From assembly GCF_009914755.1 (NCBI RefSeq), contig NC_060928.1: 64,000 nt of DNA. One strand, given 5' to 3'. How positions within the stretch are numbered: the first letter of the stretch is position 1; each line of letters begins with the position of its first letter. This DNA comes from the human T2T-CHM13v2.0 reference genome, Homo sapiens. A program made the translations under genes and the position numbers. The notes under the pieces are model-generated. The model worked only from the letters and a program-made list of their open reading frames with translations. It did no database searches and had not been told where the DNA came from. Shown here in pieces: positions 60,472-64,000 of this stretch.

Positions 60472-62723
60472 TGTATTAGTCCATTTTCATGCTGCCGATA
60501 AAGACATACCCAAGACTGGGAAGAATATAGGTTTAATTGAACTTACAGTTCCACATGGCTGGGGAGGCCTCAGAATCATGGCAGGAGATGAAAGGCACTT
60601 CTTACATGGCAGTGGCAAGAGAAAAATAAGGAAGAAGCAAAAGCGAAAACCCCTGATAAACCCATCAGATCTTGTGAGACTTATTCACTATCACAAGAAT
60701 AGCACAGGAAAGACCAGTCCCCATGATTCAATTACCTCCCACTGGGTCCCTCCCACAACAGGTAGGAATTCTGGGAGATACAGTTCAAGTTGAGATTTGG
60801 GTGGGAACGCAGAGCCAGACCATAACATTCTGCCCCTGACCCTTCCAAATCTCATGTACTCACATTTCAAAACCAATCACATCTTCCCAACAGTCCCTCA
60901 AAGTCTTAACTCATTTCAGCATTAACCCAAAAGTCCATAGTCCAAAGTCTCATCTGAGACAAGGCAAGTCCCTTCCACCTGTAAGCCTGTAAAATAAAAA
61001 GAAGGCTAGTTACTTCCTAGATACAATGGGGGTACAGGTATTGGGTAAATATAGCCATTCCAAATGGGAGAAATTGGCCAAAGCAAAGGGGTTACAGGGC
61101 CCATGCAAATCTAAAATCCAGCGGGGCAGTCAAATTTTACAGCTGCAAAATGATCTCCTTTGACTCTAGGTCTGATATTCAGGTCACACTGATGCAAGAG
61201 GTGGGCCCAACATCAGCTCTGCCCCTGTGGCTTTGCAGGATACCACCTCCCACCCAGCTGCTTTAACAGACTGGCATTGGGTGTCTGCAGCTTTTCCAGA
61301 TGTATGGTGAAAGATGTCAGTGGATCTACTATTCTGGGTTCTGGAGGACAGCATCCCTTTTCTCACAGCTCCACTAGGCAGTGCCCCAGTTAGGGACTCT
61401 ATGTGGGGTCTCTGACCCCACATTTCCCTTCTGCACTGCCCTAGCAGAGATTCTCCATGAGGGCCCTGCCCTTGCAGCGAACTTTTGCCTGTGAATCCAG
61501 GCATTTCCATATATCTTCTGAAATCTAGGTGAAGGTTCCCAAACCTCAATTCTTGACTTCTGTATACCTGCAGGCTTAACACCATTCCACCCTCTGAAGC
61601 CACAGCCTGAGCTGTACATTAGCGCCTTTCAGCCATGGCTAGAGTGGCTGGGACACAGGGCACAAAGTCCCTAGGCTGCATACAGCACAGGGACCCTGGG
61701 CCTGGCCCACGAAAACATTTTTTCCTCCTGGGCCTCTGGGCCTGTGATGGGAGGGGCTTCCGTGAAGGTCTCTGACATGGCCTGGAGACATTTTCCCCAT
61801 GGTCTTGGGGATTAACATTAGCCTCCTTGCTACTTATGCAAACTCCTACAGCCAGCTTAAATTTCTCCTCAGAAAATGGGTTTTTATTTTCTACTGCATC
61901 ATCAGGCTGCAAATTTTCTGAAGTTTTATGCCCTGTTTCGCTTTTAAAACAATGCTTTTTAACAGCATCCGGGTCACCTCTTGAATGCTTTGCTGCTTAG
62001 AAATTTTTTCTACCAAATACCCTACATCATCTCCCTTAAGTTCAAAGTTCCACAAATCTCTAGGGTAGGGGCAAAATGCTGCCAGTCTCTTTGTTAAAAC
62101 ATAACAAGAATCACCTTTGCTACAGTTCCCAACAAATTAATCTCCATCTGAGACCACCTCAGCCTGGACCTTATTGTTCATATCACTATCAGCAGTTTTT
62201 TCAAAGCCATTAAACAAGTCTTTAGGAGGTTTCAAACTTTCCCACATTTTCCTATCTTCTTCTGAGCCCTCCAAACTGTTCCAACCTCTGCCTGTTACCC
62301 AGTTCCAAAGTCACTTCCATATTTTGGGGTATCTTTTCAGCAACACCCGACTCCTGGTACCAGTTTACTGTATGAGTCCATTTTCGTGCTGCTGATAAAG
62401 ACATACCCAAGACTGAAAAGAAAAAGAGGTTTAATTGGACTTACAGTTCTGCTTGGCTGGGGAGGCCTCAGAATCATGGCAGGAGGTGAAAGGCACTTCT
62501 TACATGGTGGTGGCAAAAGAAAAATGAGGAAGAAGCAAAAGTTGAAATCCTTGATAAACCCATCAGATCTTGTGAGACTTATTCACTATCATGAGAATAG
62601 CATGGGAAAGATTGATCCCCATGATTCAATTACCTTCCCTTGGGTCCTTCCCACAACATGTCGCAATTCTGGGAGACACAATTCAAGTTGAGATTTGGGT
62701 GGGGACACAGCCAAACCATATTA
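60472..62723 (-). mobile_element. Full-length THE1A MaLR provirus
   Basis: 3' LTR 60472-60827, internal region 60828-62368, 5' LTR 62369-62723. Perfect TSD CTAGG at 60467-60471 and 62724-62728. Confidence 0.95.
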
Positions 62724-64000
62724 CTAGGCATTATTTTAACAGTTGATCTAAAACTAATGTTGATATCTTATATATTTTTCCAAGGTTACTCTGGGAAAGC
62801 AGTTGACATTTTTTCTCCTTGTGGGATGTAGAAGAATAAAGTATGAGAAAATAGTGATTTTGGCATGTCTAAGCGCCAGACATTATGTTTCTGTGAGTGT
62901 TTCCTTCATGACTGTTGAGAAACTAATGATTAACAATACAGCATGTTTTAGGTATTTTTCAAATAATGGCATGAACTAGAAGCCAACACATTCTCCCAAA
63001 AGGGAAAAGACAAGATTTTCTCTGAATGGAAAATTCATATTTGAAATGTCTGCATGAAATATATAAGCTACAATATTTTCATTTTGGAGCAGGAGAATAC
63101 CTGACAGATGAAGGAAAAGAAAAATGAGTTAAGTAAAATGAATACAAACAACTTTTAGTTGGCAGAAAAAAATAGATTTTAATTATGGAAAACATACAAA
63201 CAGACTAATGGCAAATTTGGAAACCTTGTGTTTTTACAGATATTTAAAATTGCCTTTCAATCTTTGTCCCTTTACTTCTCTACTTTAGTGATATGAGATT
63301 CTTTCTTGGTATTATCAAAACCCATTAAATCAACAGGTATTATGATGTAATTCAATGCTATGAATGTAAGACTAATACAAAACACCTGATCAAATTATTG
63401 ATCTTTTCTTTTCCCCCAAGTGTACTACTGTCAGAGTAGCAATTGTTCATGAGATCTGATTGTAACAAATCTCTTTTAAGACTTCTCTGAGAATACACAA
63501 TATAATCAGGCTGATAGAAACATCAAAACATTTTTTCCATTGCCTCAATGTAATTTGGTTTGTTATGGCTGACACACAGTAGAAGTCACACACAGTCTTA
63601 TTCATGGATAAAACAGGCAATTGCCCACAGTCTGACTGCATCAGCCCAGGGAATACACAACCTATTCACATGCCAGTGAGAGAGCCTATTCCAGTGCTTT
63701 GCACCAGTTGCTTTTTTTAGGGAGGTTAATTTGTGTCCCAGCCTACTGTGGACATTGTTACTGCAAACACAGTTGCTAAACAAAAAATTACGGTTACTGT
63801 TATGTGATAATTTGATAAGTTTTTTTTTTTAGATTATAAAGGATCCTCCTATTGATAAAAGATTGGTACTCCACAGAGATTTATGTAAAATTAGGACATT
63901 ATTAATTTAGAATAATAAATGTAATTTTGGTTCTCTCTTTATGGATGGCTTGCTAAGTATGAGACTCTGAACCAGGGGAATTGGATGGATAATCCAATCA

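Noticed and set aside
60446-62691. Repeated peptide GWGGLRIMAGxERHFLHG (also near 12626 and 14557)
   Set aside because: It is a translation of THE1 LTR copies, not a protein family.
63447-63783. Short minus-strand ORFs in unique sequence
   Set aside because: Lengths of 61-64 aa are at background level, with no motif or clear splice structure.

Overview
This is AT-rich, CpG-depleted primate (human-like) nuclear DNA that is gene-poor and mostly transposon-derived. I see no recognisable host protein-coding exon, RNA gene or prokaryotic-type system. Positions ~3-26 kb are a nest of minus-strand LINE-1s. An old HAL1/L1M-type element is split by a near full-length L1PA7/8-type element (4155-10121, 14-bp TSD) and by an L1PB1-type element (10793-25364, 11-bp TSD). 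The L1PB1 carries a full THE1 provirus and a full-length L1PA5/6-type element, which in turn carries an AluY. The rest holds a full MST provirus, a second full THE1A, solo MaLR/ERVL LTRs, old L1M fragments (mostly + strand at 38-51 kb), Alus, MADE1, MER5A, MER82, Tigger3b, MER20, and L2/MIR relics. Nearly all long ORFs are broken L1 ORF1/ORF2, their antisense shadows, or MaLR-internal remnants. The points most worth follow-up are an intact, extended L1 ORF0 (23068-23400), a ~130-bp foreign A-tailed insert inside an L1 ORF1, apparently private variants shared between two L1PA copies (possible gene conversion), and several template-switch scars. Subfamily names come from my recall of consensus sequences and need RepeatMasker/Dfam confirmation. 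I cannot support a novel biological system here.
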